A stretch of DNA of 64,000 nt from Chiloscyllium plagiosum (taxonomy: Eukaryota), in the NCBI RefSeq assembly GCF_004010195.1, contig NC_057720.1:31600831-31664830 (forward strand), in the 5' to 3' direction. Below, one piece after another: positions 37,816 to 51,799 of the stretch. Both the position numbers and the translations under genes were made by a program. The number at the start of each line of letters is the position of its first letter. The first letter of the stretch is position 1. Below the pieces are notes generated by a model that worked only from the letters and a program-made list of their open reading frames with translations, was not told the DNA's origin and did no database searches.

Positions 37816-38459
37816 TGAAGAGGGTCGCCTTAGATTACAACATGATCTGGACCAGGTGGGCCAATGGGCTGAGAAGTGGCAAATGGAGTTTAATTCAGAT
37901 AAATGCGAGGTGCTGTATTTTGGGAAAGCAAATCTTTGGGAAAGCAACAGGGCCGAATAAGCTTCTTCTGTGCCAGAAAGGATTCCATGATGCCAGTTAG
38001 CTGATCTCAGCCTGTGATCTTTCAGCTGCAGATCATTGAAAAGAAAAATCAATCCATGTTTTCTTTCCTGGGTTCTGTGCAGTAATCCTTGAGGCAGTGC
38101 ATGTCGACATTATGATGGAATGGAATTCCGTTTACTGATATGGAGTGTCAAGCCTTATATGGGATTGAAGACCTCTTGGAAATAGCTCCAGAGAGTGCCC
38201 AATTCCTGTGGATCCAAAAAGCAGATCCACGATCAAGAGTAGCTGCAAGAAGATTGGCAATTGAACATAAAAAATATTGCAGCTTGACGAATAGTTTCAA
38301 AATAGAGTTGAACGATTCCATTCTGTGGGTGGAGTTGCTGGCCTCCCTGTGGATCCCGACAGAAATGTTTTATCTTAGCAAATCCAATAAGAATGAACAT
38401 ATGCTAAGTGAAAGGAAATCCTACTCTTAAACATCAAAAAAACCTACATAACACGGTGT

Positions 38460-38777
38460 GGGCGGCACAGTGGCACAGTGGTTAGCACTGCTGCCTCGCA
38501 GCGCCAGAGACCCGGGTTCAATTCCCGACTCAGGCGACTGACTGTGTGGAGTTTGCACGTTCTCCCCGTGTCTGCGTGGGTTTCCTCCGGGGGCTCCGGT
38601 TTCCTCCCACAGTCCAAAGATGTGCAGGTCAGGTGAATTGGCCATGCTAAATTGCCCGTAGTGTTAGGTAAAGGGGTAAATGTAGGGGTATGGGTGGGTT
38701 GCGCTTCGGCGGGTCGGTGTGGACTTGTTGGGCCGAAGGGCCTGTTTCCACACTGTAAGTAATCTAATCTAATCTAA
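38460..38777 (+). mobile_element. Full-length tRNA-derived V-SINE (HE1-like)
   Basis: A box TGGCACAGTGG, B box GGTTCAATTCC, V-domain TGTGTGGAGTTTGCACGTTCTCCCCGTG, CR1-type 3' end, (AATCT)n tail. Confidence 0.88.
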
Positions 38778-39009
38778 TAACACAATCACTAATCCCAATC
38801 GCAGTCAATTCACTTTTAAACTACCCTTTTGAGGGAAAATTTCATTCTTGGCCTGCTTCACAGAATGATGATGGTGCAGAAAAAGGCCATTTGCCTATTG
38901 TGTTTGTAATGTCTCTGAGTGTTTTAACTTAGTTCCAAAAATGCATCACCTTGTATTTGTTTGGATTAAACTCCATCTTCCATTTCACCACCCAAGTCTC
39001 CAGTCTATC

Positions 39010-40320
39010 TATAGAGTCAGAGAGTCATAGAGATGTACAGCATGGAAACAGACCCTTTGGTCTAATCCATCCATGCCGACCAGATATCCCAACCCAATCT
39101 AATCCCACCTGCCAGCACCCAGCCCATATCCCTCCAAACCCTTCCTATTCATATACCCATCCAAATGCCTCTTAAATGTTGCAATTGTACCAGCCTCCAC
39201 CACATCCTCTGGCAGCTCATTCTATACATGTACCACCCTCTGCGTGAAAATGTTGCCCCTTAGGTCTCTTTTATATCTTTCCCCTCTCACCCTAAACTTA
39301 TGCCCTCTACTTCTGGACTCCCCGACCCCAGGGAAAAGACTGTCTATTTTTCCTATTCATGACCCTCATAATTTTGTATACCTCTATAAGGTCACCCCTC
39401 AGTCTCTGACGCTCCAGGGAAAACAGCCTCAGCCTGTTCAGCCTCTCCCTGTAGCTCAGATCCTCCAACCCTGGCAACATCCTTGTAAATCTTTTCTGAA
39501 CCCTTTCAAGTTTCACAACATCTTTCTGATAGGAAGGAGACCAGAATTGCATACAATATTCGAACAGTGGCCTAACCAATGTCCTGTACAGCAGCAACAT
39601 TACCTCCCAACTCCTGTACTCAATACTCTGACCAGTAAAGGAAAGCATACCAAATGCCTTCTTTACTATCCTATCTACCTCCGACTCCATTTTCAATGAG
39701 CTATGAACCTGCACTCCAAGGTCTCTTTGTTCAGCAACACTCCCTAGGACCTTACCATTAAGTGTGTAAGTCCTGCTAGATTTGCTTTCCCAAAATACAG
39801 CACCTCGCATTTATCTGAAACTCCATCTGCCACTTCTCAGCCCATTGGCCCATCTGGTCCAGATCATGTTGTAATCTGAGGTAACCCTCTTCGCTGTCCA
39901 CTATACATCCAATTTTGTTGTCATCTGCAAACTTACTAACTGTACCTCTTATGCTCGCATCCAAATCGGTTATGTAAATGATAAAAAGTAGAGGGCTCAG
40001 CACCGATCCTTGTGGCACTCCACTGGTCACAGGCCTCCAGTCTGAAAAACAACCCTCCAACGCCACCCTCTATCTTCTACCTTTGAGCCAGTTCTGTATC
40101 CAAATGGCTAGTTCTCCCTGTATTCCATGAGATCTAACCTTGGTAATCAGTCTCCCATGGGGAACCTTGTCGAATGCCTTACTGAAGTCCATATAGATCA
40201 CATCTACTGCTCTGCCCTCATCAATCTTCTTTGATACTTCTTCAAAAAAACGAATCAAGTTTGTGAAACATGATTTTCCATGCACAAAGCCATGTTGACT
40301 ACCCCAAATCAGACCTTGCC
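39010..40320 (-). mobile_element. Young CR1 RT and 3' end
   Basis: QHGFVHGKSC, DFSKAFDKVPH, GVPQGSVLSPLLF, KFADD, LVRPLFEYCMQFW. Confidence 0.92.
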
Positions 40321-42800
40321 TTTCTGCTGTAAACTCTGACAATTTTCCCCAGGATCCTCGGCTCTCCCAATCTTTGTGTTGTCAGAAAACTTACTAATCA
40401 GGTCACCTATGTTCTTCTTCAAATTAATTATGTATATTACAAACAACAGGGATCCAAGAAATAATTCCTGTGGAACACCACTTGTCACAGATCTCCAGTC
40501 AGAAAAATACCCTTCCACGACTACTCTCTGTTTTCGATGACTGAGCTAATTCTATAAGAATTTTACCAGCTCATTATGGATCTCATGTGAATTCACCCTT
40601 TCTATTATCCTGTCCTGAGGGACCTTGTCAAAGGCCTTGCTAAAGTCCATATAGAAAACGTAATCAATCATCTTTGTCACTTCCTCAAAAAATGCAATTA
40701 AGTTTGTGAGACATGACCTTCCCCACATTAAGCCATGCTGCCTAACACTAAAGAGTCCATGTTTTTTACAAATGTGAGTTAATCCTGTCCATAACAATCT
40801 TCTCCAATAATTTCCATGTTGCCCTTTTTTAAAGAAAGGAACAATGTGGCTATTCTCCAGTCCTCTGAGACCTATCCTGTGACTAACGAGGATATAAAGA
40901 TTTCATACAAGGCCCCAACAATTTCCTCACCTGCCTCCCTCAGCATTCTGGGATAGATCCCGTCAGGTACTGCGGACTTGTCCACCTTAATGCTTTTCAA
41001 AACATTCAACAGCTTTTTTCATATTGACATGACCGAGAATATCAAGATATCCTTCTGAGACTCACCGTCCACCATGTCTCCTGCTTTGGGAATATTGATG
41101 CAAAGTATTCACTAATGACCTCACCCACTTCCTCTGGCTCCACACATAAATTCTCTCCTTTGTCCTTGAGTGGACCTACTATATCCCCAACTATCCTCGC
41201 CCCTTACAAATGTATAAACGCCTTGGAATTTTCCTTAATCCTGTTTGCCAAGGATATTCCTTTTACCCCTCCTAATTCCTTGTTTGAATTCTTTCCTGCT
41301 GTCTTTGTACTCTTCAAGGGCTCTGTCTGTTTTCAGTTTCCGTGTATCTCTGTTCCTTTTGACTAAACTCTCAATTTGTTATTGAAGGTTCCCAAATCTT
41401 GCCATGTTTATTCTTTGTTTTCACAAGCATATTTTGGTCCTGAACTCTTTATCAACTGGCCTGTAAAATATTCCTACAAGACAGATGTGAATTTACCCGC
41501 ACTCTCTACCAGTCCACATTCCCCAGTTCCTGCCTTATATTGTGGTAGTTTATTTTCCTCCAGTTTAGTATTTTCACCCAGACAACACTTGTCCTTATCC
41601 GTAAGTAACTTAAAACTTCCAGAATATGGTCACAGTTCCCGAAATGCTCCCCCACTGAAACTTCGATCATGTCAGACAAAGTGTGGAGGCTAGTACAATT
41701 GTAACATTTAAAAGGCATCCGGATGGGTATATGAATAGGAAGGGTTTGGAGGGATATGGGCCAAGTGTTGACAAATGGGACTAGATTAGGTTAGGATATC
41801 TGGTCAGCATGGACAAGTTGGACAGAAGGGTCTGTTTCTGTGCTGTACATCTCTATGACTCTATGACCTGATTGGGCTCATTCCCCAGTACCAAGTATAG
41901 TACGTCCCCTTCCCTAGTTGCACTATTTACATATTGTTTCAAAAGGCCATCCTGGATGCCCTTAACAAATTCCCCCTCATCCAAGCCTGTGGTTCTAAGG
42001 GAGTTCCAATGAATATTAGGGAAGTTAAAATCACGCACCACAACAACTTTGTTGTTTATACGTTTTTCCATAATCTGTCCGTATATCTCTATCTCTATCT
42101 CCCACTGGCTGTTGGGAGGCCTGTAGTACAACCTCATCAAAGTGTTCGCACCTTTCTTATTCCTGAGTTCTACCCCTATGACCTTGCTGGATGAACCCTC
42201 CCTGACCTATCACCTTCATCCCCACCCCAACCCTCCTCTCATTTATCTCTCCACCCTTCAGGCACTCTGCCTCTATTCCTGATGAAGGGCTTTTGCCCGA
42301 AACATCGATTTTCCTGTTCCTTGGATGCTGCCTGAACTGCTGTGCTTTTCCAGCACCACTCTAATCCAGAACCCTCCAAGATGTCCTCCCTCAGTATGGC
42401 TGCGATACTGTCTCTCAACAGTAATGCAATTCCCCTCCCTCTTCAACATCTCTCACTATCATACCTGAAACATCTAAATCCCAGAATATTAAACTATCAG
42501 TCTTGACCCCCTCTCAACCAACTCCCTGAAATAGCTACAATATCATAGTTACACGTATTAAACCAAGCTCTAAGTTCAACTGCCTTACCTGTCATACTCC
42601 TCACATTAAAACCATTATACCTCGACCACCAGTCTTGCTGCGTTCAATAACATTGTATTGTTTGTTTTTCCTCTTAGCCTGACAGGCCTTAGTCTGACTC
42701 CTCCTCGATCATTTTACTGCTCTGATTCCCGCTTCCCTGCCACACAAGTTTGAACCCTCTTATGTGGCACTAACAAACCTCCCTGCCAGGATATTGGTGC
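40320..42800 (-). mobile_element. Older CR1 (ORF1 remnant, endonuclease, RT) hosting younger inserts
   Basis: YYRPPNS...VVRDFNFPNIHW, GEHFGNCDH, DFSKAFDKVP. Confidence 0.8.
42200..42372 (+). mobile_element. Penelope-derived insert with hammerhead motif (42275-42310), in an old CR1
   Basis: CTGATGAAGGGCTTTTGCCCGAAACATCGA. GAACCCTCC is repeated on both sides. Confidence 0.75.
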
Positions 42801-44857
42801 CTTGTATTGGTTGAGAAACATATCAACCATGATTGAATGGTGAAGCAGACTTGATGGGCCGAATGGCCTAATTCTGCTCCTACTTCATATGGTCTTTTGC
42901 TCTTTTATTCACTACCCTTCTGCTATACTGAGGTAGCTGACTTAGTATTGATGCACCTTTTACCTTAGAGTATTACCCTTCATGATTTCTGTGAACTAAT
43001 GCTCTTTGCAAGTCTCAGATACCATCGTAAACATCTGCCTCTGTGATATGTCCATCAATTCCTTTGGATAGAAAACTTGTTAAGCCTTCAAAATCATTTT
43101 ATCTTTCACTCACTAACCCAAATGGATCTGACATGAAGTTGTGTAATTTTTGACTTCATTATCGAATGTCAGATCATTAATATTCTTTAAGATTGGAAAG
43201 AAATTGGCATTTCTTATTATTTTTGATGAGGTGATAGAACTGAAGACCCTAAGCATGGACAAATACTCCATTTGTGGTTTCTACTAATATGGAGCATTTT
43301 TTTTGCCTTTTTGTTCAAATGAGTAAAAAACAGGTTAGTCCGCTCCTTGTCCTAGGAAGGATTCTCTTAATAAATAAAATCTGCTGGCTCCTTGAGCATA
43401 ATCAAAGTAATTTATTGCATACATCAACTGGATTTGGCAACTCTCCTCCTCTATTACATTCAGATCATTTGAAATAACTTAATTTCTGATTTCCCCCAGA
43501 GACAGTGAGTTACAATTTCAAAATCTGCCATAAACTGCTGTCCAGTGGGGATTCATAATGTCCCTTATTAATGTTTCCCACCAAAAAACATTGCTATTTT
43601 GTACTGGTGACCTTTTGATAAATATTCTTTATTTACAGCCCTTTCACCTTCCAGGGATTGTTCAAAGTCATAAATCATATGATTTTAAAGCACAGTTCTG
43701 AGTTCAGTTGACTGAACCATTGTCTGCTTTTGAAGTCGGTAACTTGTGAGAAATTTAACCCATTTAAAAGTTCCAGTAATGTTGATATGAATAAAGATTT
43801 CATCATGGGTGCACATATAGTGCTGGATCAAACAATTGATCAGGCAATTGATTCTTAAGGCATCCACCTGTGGAGGGTGGAATACACACTGTGAACTAGG
43901 TGAAAGTGAGGACTGCAGATGCTGGAGATTGGAATCTGGATGTGGTGCTGGAAAAGCATAGCAGGTCAGGCAGCATCTGAGGAGCAGGAGAGTCGACACT
44001 TTGGGCAAAAGACCTTCATCAGCATTCATCAGCTTTTTCAGCACTACACTCTCTACACACTGTGAATTGCTTGCTCATATATTCAGCAGCTTACTATATT
44101 GGTACTCTCCCATGAAGTGGAGAAACGCCCATGTGGTGTTTGTATTTAAAAAGAGCAATATGTTAGAACTGAGAATATCAGGCTCGTTTGCTACACCTTG
44201 GTTATAGGCTAGTTGCTAGAAAGTAGAATTAGAAAGACAACAAACAACTACCTAGACAGAGAGAATATTAGGGAATTGAAGCTTGTTTTTGGTAAAGTGG
44301 AAACTGTTGAACATTAATAAAAAAGAATTAATTGTATTACACACAATTGCTTATAGTACAGAAGCTGATATTAAAGTTCCACCTGAGCCATCTCCCATAT
44401 AGTCTCACAAACATATTCTACTATTCATTTCTCCCTTATCTACTTACCACATTTCTCCTTAAATGCACCTGTTTCCCCTTAAGTTACACCTTAATTACAT
44501 CATCATCATTATATTACACTTGATCCCTTTTCTCATTTTATCTCTCCCAATTTGCACACTATCCTTTTTCCTCTTTCTCCATCCCTGTTTTCCCTGCCTC
44601 TGGACACATTTAAAGTCTGCCATATCTCTAAGTGTTTCCAGGTCTGACAACATCAGCTTGAAGTGTTAGTTCTGTATCTCACTCCACAATTGCTGCATGA
44701 CCTAATATATATTTACAGAATTTCTTACTGCTTTTGTGCCCTGACCAAACTTTGTCCATCGATCAACATAATTTTCTTAAAAATTTATTATGCCATTAAC
44801 ACTTTATCATTTGTTGAAGCTTGTTGTGCACAGACCTGCTGCCACATTTCTTACATT

Positions 44858-44993
44858 CTGCCTTTATTCCTGATGAAGGGCTTTTGCCCGAAACGTCGAT
44901 TTTGCCTGTCTTCGGATGCTGCCTGAATTGCTGTGCTCTTCCAGCACCACTGATCCAGAATCTGGTTTCCAGCATCTGCAGTCATTGTTTTTA
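44858..44993 (+). mobile_element. Penelope-derived mini-insert with hammerhead motif (44866-44900) and 16-bp TSD
   Basis: CTGATGAAGGGCTTTTGCCCGAAACGTCGA. TSD CCACATTTCTTACATT at 44842-44857 and 44994-45009. Confidence 0.85.
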
Positions 44994-45324
44994 CCACATT
45001 TCTTACATTGCCCATTAAGGGTCAAATCCAAAACGTTGACTCTCTTGTTCCTCAGATGCTGCCTGACTTGCTGTGCTTTTTCCAGCACCATACTTTGTCA
45101 ACTCTGACTTCTCCAGCATCTGCAGTACTGACTATCTCCTGCAATGTAACAATTCTAAATCTTCAAAAATTATTTTATTAGTTGTAAAGCACTTTGCAAA
45201 TTCTGAGTTTGTGACAGAAGCTACACAAAGGCACCTCTTCCTTTCCTAAGGGCAGCAACCTCAAAAGACCAAGGATCAACTACAGGGAGAAAGTCCCTCA
45301 TCCTAACCTTTGTAACCTTTAGGA

Positions 45325-45657
45325 TCATTGAATCATACAGTATAGAAAGAGGCCATTCACCCCCTTGAGTCTGCACTAACCCTCTGAAGAGCATCTCACC
45401 CAGACCTAGCACTTGATCCTATCCCCATCATTTCTTAGGGCCAACTCACCTAGCGTGCATGTCACAGGGCAATTTAGCATGGCCAATCCACCTAACCTGC
45501 ACATCTTTGGACTGTGGGAGGAAATCTTACCAAATCCACTTCGACATGGGGAGAATGTGCAAACTCTACACAGACAGTCACTCAAGGCTGAAATCAAACT
45601 CACGCCTCATGTGTTGTGAGACAGTAGTGCTAACCATTGTGCACCCGTGCCACCCAT
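45325..45657 (-). mobile_element. Older HE1-like SINE
   Basis: Diverged reverse-complement copy. Confidence 0.7.
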
Positions 45658-46418
45658 AATGGCAGCCAGCAATTTCTTTCTCTTTCCTTAATTCATATTC
45701 ATTGTAGGAGTAGTGGAAAAACCTGGCACAGTGGATGGGAAAAGATGGCTGCAGTTGTTGCGTCATCATTGGAATGGAAGTTGGAGTTCTTTAATGAGTT
45801 ACTTCTGCTCTGCTCCAGGACCACATTCTATTTTAGGAGTAGAGACTCCGACTTGGAAAGTGTAGCTACATCTAGAGATAGTTTATTGATGTAAGAATAA
45901 TGTCACTGTTTTCAGGATGTCAGACAATAGGGTGTACCTTCTCATTAGATTAGAAAAGCAAACTGGAAAAAAGAATAGGAACATAGAAACTGATCATTGA
46001 AAAATAGGCTGTGGTCCACCTAGTTCACTTTTACCAACCAACAAGCCACATGGAAATTTGAGTTACTGATGAACCATAGTAATCAATTATAATCAACGAA
46101 TCCATAACAGATCTAAGACATAGGTGAGGAAAACTCAAATAGTGAAGAATACTAATATCTAGATTTTGCCTGTTATGTCCCATTGCTTCAGTGAAGCTCT
46201 GAATCAGATATAAACTGGTTTTGTCAAACAAGAGGGATCAACCTTAAAACATAATGCTCTCTTTTGTGACTGCTTTCCTGTTAGGGTGTGTTCAGCCTAG
46301 TTGGAATCTAATCATGAGTTGTGTTTTTTTTTGTTGGCCACCAGCACATGTTCTCCATCTATGAAGAAACCTGGTCACAGTCAGACATTAATAATGTATC
46401 AGGCTATCAATATAGCTT

Positions 46419-46514
46419 GAGCTGAAAATGTGTTGCTGGAAAAGCGCAGCAGGTCAGGCAGCATCCAGGGAACAGGAGAATCGATGTTTCGGGCATAAGC
46501 CCCTCTAAGCCCTC
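46419..46514 (-). mobile_element. Truncated Penelope-derived mini-insert with 15-bp TSD
   Basis: TSD CTATCAATATAGCTT at 46404-46418 and 46515-46529. The hammerhead core is truncated. Confidence 0.8.
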
Positions 46515-47196
46515 CTATCAATATAGCTTTTCTACCTTGCCAGCCAGTAAGTGGTATACAAACAATAAGGATAATAAACTTTGCAGGATTATTTGCCTCG
46601 TCAGTACTGTCAGTTTTTATAGTGGAAAAGGAGGTGCGGAAATCATATTAAGCAGGAAATATTCATATAATACCTTGTACTAGACTTATTAACTTTTACT
46701 ATTAAAATATGAAACTGCATGAATGGCTTTATTCTCCATTTTGCAAAGGAGTAATGGCGATGGGCAGGTGACGTTTGTGATGGGTGAAGAGATAGGCCTC
46801 AGAGCTTTGGATGAGGTAAAGTTTCTAGAGAGCAAGCAAACAGCCAGTACAGATTTGGAAGAATCAAGTCTGGAAGTGAAGAGGGCAGTGGCAAATGAAT
46901 TGGGTTAGTGACAGGATGGCAATGTACAGAGATAAAAGTTGGTGGACTTGAGATGGAGGGAATTTGAAGTCAGAATGAAAGTGTATGTAAAGCTACAGGT
47001 GGTTTGGTTCAGCCCACGACAGTGGCAAAGTAGGGGGTGGAGCCAGTGACAAGTGTGTGGCTGACAATGATAAATTTAGTGTATCTCATGTTTGGGTGGA
47101 ATAATTTATAGTTCATCCAAGGACTGGAAGATTGAGTCTGATAGCATAGAGGCAATCAAGGCATTGAGAGAGAATAAGATGTAGATATGATCATTG

Positions 47197-48675
47197 TCAT
47201 AGAGTCTTAGAGATGTACAGCATGGAAACAGATCCTTTGGTCCAACTCATCCATGCCGACTTAATATATCCCAACCTAATCAAGTCCCATTTGCCAGCGC
47301 CAGGCCCATATTTCTCCAATCCATTCCTATTCATATACCTATCCAGATCCCTTTTAAATAATGTAATTGTACCAGCCTCCACCACTTCCTCTGGCAGCTC
47401 ATTCCATACACATACCACCCTCTGCATGAAAAGGTTGCCCCTTAGACCCCTTCTATATCTTTCCCCTCTCATCCTAGATCTATGCCCTCTAGTTCTGGAC
47501 TCCCACAATCCAGGAAAAGATTTTGTCTGTTTATCCTATCTATGCCCCTCATGATTTTATAAACCTCTATAAGGTCACCCCTCAGCCTTCGACACTCCAG
47601 GGAAATCAGCCCCAGCCTATTCAGTCTTTCCATATAGCTTAAATCCTCCAACCCTAGCAACATCCTTGTAAATCTTTTCTGAACCCTTTCAAGTTTCACA
47701 ACATCATTCTGAATTGCACACAACATTCCAAACGTGGCCTAACCAATGTCCTGTACAGCCACAACATGAACTCCCAACTTCTGTACGCAATTCTCTGATC
47801 AATAAAGGAAAGCATACCAAACACCTTCTTCACTATGCTATCTACCTGTGACTCTACTTTCAAGGAGCTATGAATCTGCACTCCAATGTCTCTTTGTTCA
47901 GCAACACTCCATAAGACCTTACCATTAGTGTATAAGTCCTGCTAAGATTTGCTATCCCAAAATGCAGCACCTCGCGTTTATCTCAATTAAATTCCATCTG
48001 CCACTTCTCAGCCCATTGGCCCATCTGACCAAGATCCTGTTGTAATCTGAGATAACCTTCTCCACTGTCAACTACACCTCCAATTTTGGTGTCACCTGCT
48101 AACTTACTAGCTATACCTCCTATGTTCATATCCATATCATTTATATAAATGACGAAAAGTAGTGGACCCAGCACCGATCCTTGTGGCACTCCACTGGTAA
48201 AAGGCCTCCAGTCAGAAAAATAACCCTTTGCCACCACCCTCTGTTTTCTACCTTTGAGCCAGTTCTGTATCCAAATGGCTAGTTCACCCTGTATTCCATG
48301 AGATCCAACCTTGCTAATCAGTCTCCCATGGGGAACCTTGTTGAATGTCTTACTGAAGTCCATGTAAGTCACATCTACTGCTCTGCCCTCATCAATCCTC
48401 TTTGTTGTTTCTTCAAAGAACGTAATCAAGTTTAAGAGACATGATTTCCCACGCATAAAGCCATGCTGACTATCCCTAATCAGTCCTTGCCTTTCCAAAT
48501 ACATGTACATCCTATCCCTCAGGATTCCTCCAACAACTTGCCCACCACCAACATCAGGCTCACTGGTCTATAGTTCCCTGGCTTGTCCTTACTACCTTTC
48601 TTAAATAATGGTATCACGTTAGCCAACGTCCAGTCTTCTGGCACCTCACCTGTGACTATCGATGATACAAATATG
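47197..48675 (-). mobile_element. CR1 RT and 3' end
   Basis: PEDWTLANVIPLFKKGSKDKPGNYRPVSL and a 175-aa RT ORF at 47983-48510. Confidence 0.92.
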
Positions 48676-50274
48676 TGTGCAAGTTGATGATGTTTCTTTG
48701 GATGATAGGGGTGTAAATGAGGAATAGAAAGAGGATCGATCATTAGAGGAATGCTGATGAATGACAATATCACAGTCTGGCTATAGTTCTATTTGTAACA
48801 ATGAACCAAGCAGGTGTATACACACCAGACCAGATGGAGGAGTGTTATAGAACATTGAAGGGGTCCTGATGAAGGGTTAATACCCAAAATGTTGACTTCT
48901 CTACCTTCTGATGTCACTGGGCGTGCTGTGTTCATCCAGCTTCCTGTTTGTCTACTTTTTGTCTCTAATTGAAAGAGTATTATTGATTATATCAAAGACC
49001 GAACAAGGACAGGTGATGCACTAAGGTCACAGTCATAGATCATGTCATTCTCTAGATAAGGAACACTTTGACGAGGTGGGAGTGGTGGGAACTTGTTAAC
49101 CCAACACAGTATGAGACTCTTCCAGAATGTGTTAAAAATCTGTAATTTGATCTGAAGTAAAACCTGCAAGACAGAGTCTGTTGATTAACTAGTTTATATC
49201 GGCAAAACCTTCAGCAGTGTTTTGAAATGCAACTTTGTATTCATTTGCTGCAGTCGTGAATGATCTTTTTGAAGTTGAGCCAAGCCATTGTTCTTGTGGA
49301 AAAGCTTTCAGCACAGCACAATGCTCTGATTGTTGGGAAATTTTTAGGTCACTTTCCTTTCAGTTTACAGTGTGCTTACAGACACTGGAAGGAGATTGTG
49401 TTTGGAGACTTAGCTTCAAACAAATGGGGAAGTTGGCACTTCACCAATCAACTCCTGAATTTGTTACCAGCATAGACCTTGCTCAAAGCATTTTGCTCAG
49501 GATGGATTTTTGAGCATTTTTATAGTTCAGTGTCAATAATTTGTTTCTGGTTCTCAGTAAGTACATCAAGGAAGCTTGTGCTTCCAAATAAACCTGTTGG
49601 ACTGTAACCTGGTGTTGTGAGATTTGTTTTTACTTTATACACCCCAGTTTAACACCAGCACCTCAAAATCAAGGATTAAATACAATATATACATTGAACA
49701 TTCAATTATCTCAAAGCCAACTCATGTATTGAGGGTTTAACCTCTGACCTGTTGATGTCTCAACCACTAGACCCACTTCAGAGACTGGTTTCATGTTATC
49801 CCTATTTTAAGCATATGCCTTGGTTAGTTAATATTTTGAAGTAACTCTCGCAGTGATGCTAGTTCTTCTCTTGATTTGCTTACTGCACCACATTCCAGCA
49901 CCACAGTCAGCTACTTAAGGGAGGTTACATGGCCTTAATTTTGAGTCTGTTAGAAGGAGGTCAGGGAGTGGAAGGGGAAATCCTTGCTGCACTGGGACGG
50001 AGCTGCAGCTCTCTCAGTTGGGCCTTCCTCTTGAGTGAGACCCCCCCCCCGGCTGCAGGCAATGCGATCCACACCAACTCTTCAGCGGGCAGTGCAGGAA
50101 ACCCCACCAACCACCACAATTCTGCCCATGGGATCTTTATGGTATCTAGGCAATTCTCAAAGATTAAAATTAAAGTTACTACCACCTTTGTTGTGCCAGA
50201 AGAAGATTGAAAAAAACGACAAGCATAGATTTAAAGTAATTAGTTAAAGATGCACAAGTGATATGAGAGACAAC

Positions 50275-50670
50275 TGTGGAGTGATCTCATAGAAACATAT
50301 AAAATCCTGATGGGACTGGACAGGCTATATGTGGGAAGAATGTCCCCGATGTTAGGGAAATCCAGAACCAGGAGTCACAATCTAAGAATAAGGGGTAGGC
50401 CATTCAGGTCTGAGAGGAGGAAGAATTTCTTCACTCAGAGAGTTGTGAACCTGTGGAATTCTCTCCTAGAGCAAGCTGTTGTGGTCAGTCCTTTAGTTAT
50501 ATTCAAGAAGGAACTCGGCATGGCCTTTGCGGCTAAAGGGATCAAAGGGTGTGAGGAGAAAGTGGGAGTTGGATACTGAGATTGCAAGATCAGCCATGAT
50601 CATATTGAATGGTGGTGCAGACTCAAAGGGCCTAAGGCCTACTTATGCATCTATTTTCTATGTTTCTATT
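50275..50670 (+). mobile_element. CR1 3' fragment
   Basis: RKNFFTQRVVNLWNSL and a 3'UTR. Confidence 0.8.
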
Positions 50671-51799
50671 TGTCATGCAAAGACTGGTTGATGTCTGAAA
50701 TACACTGTCCGAGAGAGTTCATGAGACTGAATCTTATTGGCAAAGCCCATCCCTAATTGCCTTTGAGAAGGTGTTGGTGAACTATGTGGTGCAGGTACAC
50801 CCACTGTGCTTTTAGGAGTTTAGAGAGGCAGGTTCAATAAGCCATTCAAGTGGGATCTGAATGGTTATTTGAAAAGGAATGTTGTGCAGGGTTACAGAGA
50901 CATGTCTAGAGATTAGCACTTGATAAAATGCACTGTAACTTCTGCATTGTAATATTTCTGTGATCTCTGTAGCTGCTTTGTTCAAAATACAGAATGCAGG
51001 CCATCAAGTCTAGGGGTCCAGTTAGTTTTCAGTCCTGGTAATTTCTCCAGCACTATATTTATTCCTAATGGGGTCATCAAGTCTCACCATAGTAAAGAAA
51101 TACACTGCAGACACAAGATTGCAGTTTAGTGTTCCCGTCTATCTGCTCCACCCTCCTCTCTGACCTATCACCTTCATCCCCACCCCCATCCACCCGACCT
51201 GCTGTGCTTTTACAGCACCACTCTAATCTAGTTTAGTGTTCACAATCAGGTTGCTATTGTCCCTCAGCTTGGAAATATTGCTTCTGCAATACAATGACAG
51301 ACCACTGGTGATTTTGGAATCTAGAGAAATCAAAAACCTCCAACTGAACATTGTCAGTGCTGAAGGATGGCAGTTTTGCAACATCCTGGAGGTTATCTTG
51401 TTAGCTTGATGCTGATGGTCAAACCAAACTCTTACATGCACGAGGGAGTCAATCCATTAGCTGCTGCAGATATTGCTTGCTGTGGAATGTTAGGGCTGCA
51501 TCATAAGCACAGAGCAATGTTTTGGTGGAGATTTAGCTTATCCTTGTTTTAGATCTCAGTCTAGCAAGGTTGAATAGCCTTCTATCAGCCACCCTGTGTA
51601 GATGACCTGAAGGCAATGACAGCAGCAGAACAAAATACCAAAGAGTGTCAGTATCTTAGTTGAGGATGAAGCTCAAAGAATTCGGATGTTCCTCCATATC
51701 AATATGCCATATTCATATGATTTCTACCTTGAGGCACTGACTGGGGACTGTCATCTTGCAGTCAGTGTTAAATAAAATCTCCATACTGTTGCCTTAAGA

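Noticed and set aside
38460..38530. tRNA-like sequence with A/B boxes
   Set aside because: Head of a tRNA-derived SINE, continuous with the SINE body.
48987..49520. Unique-looking block with short ORFs (possible exon or pseudogene)
   Set aside because: Stops in all frames examined and no recognisable protein motif.
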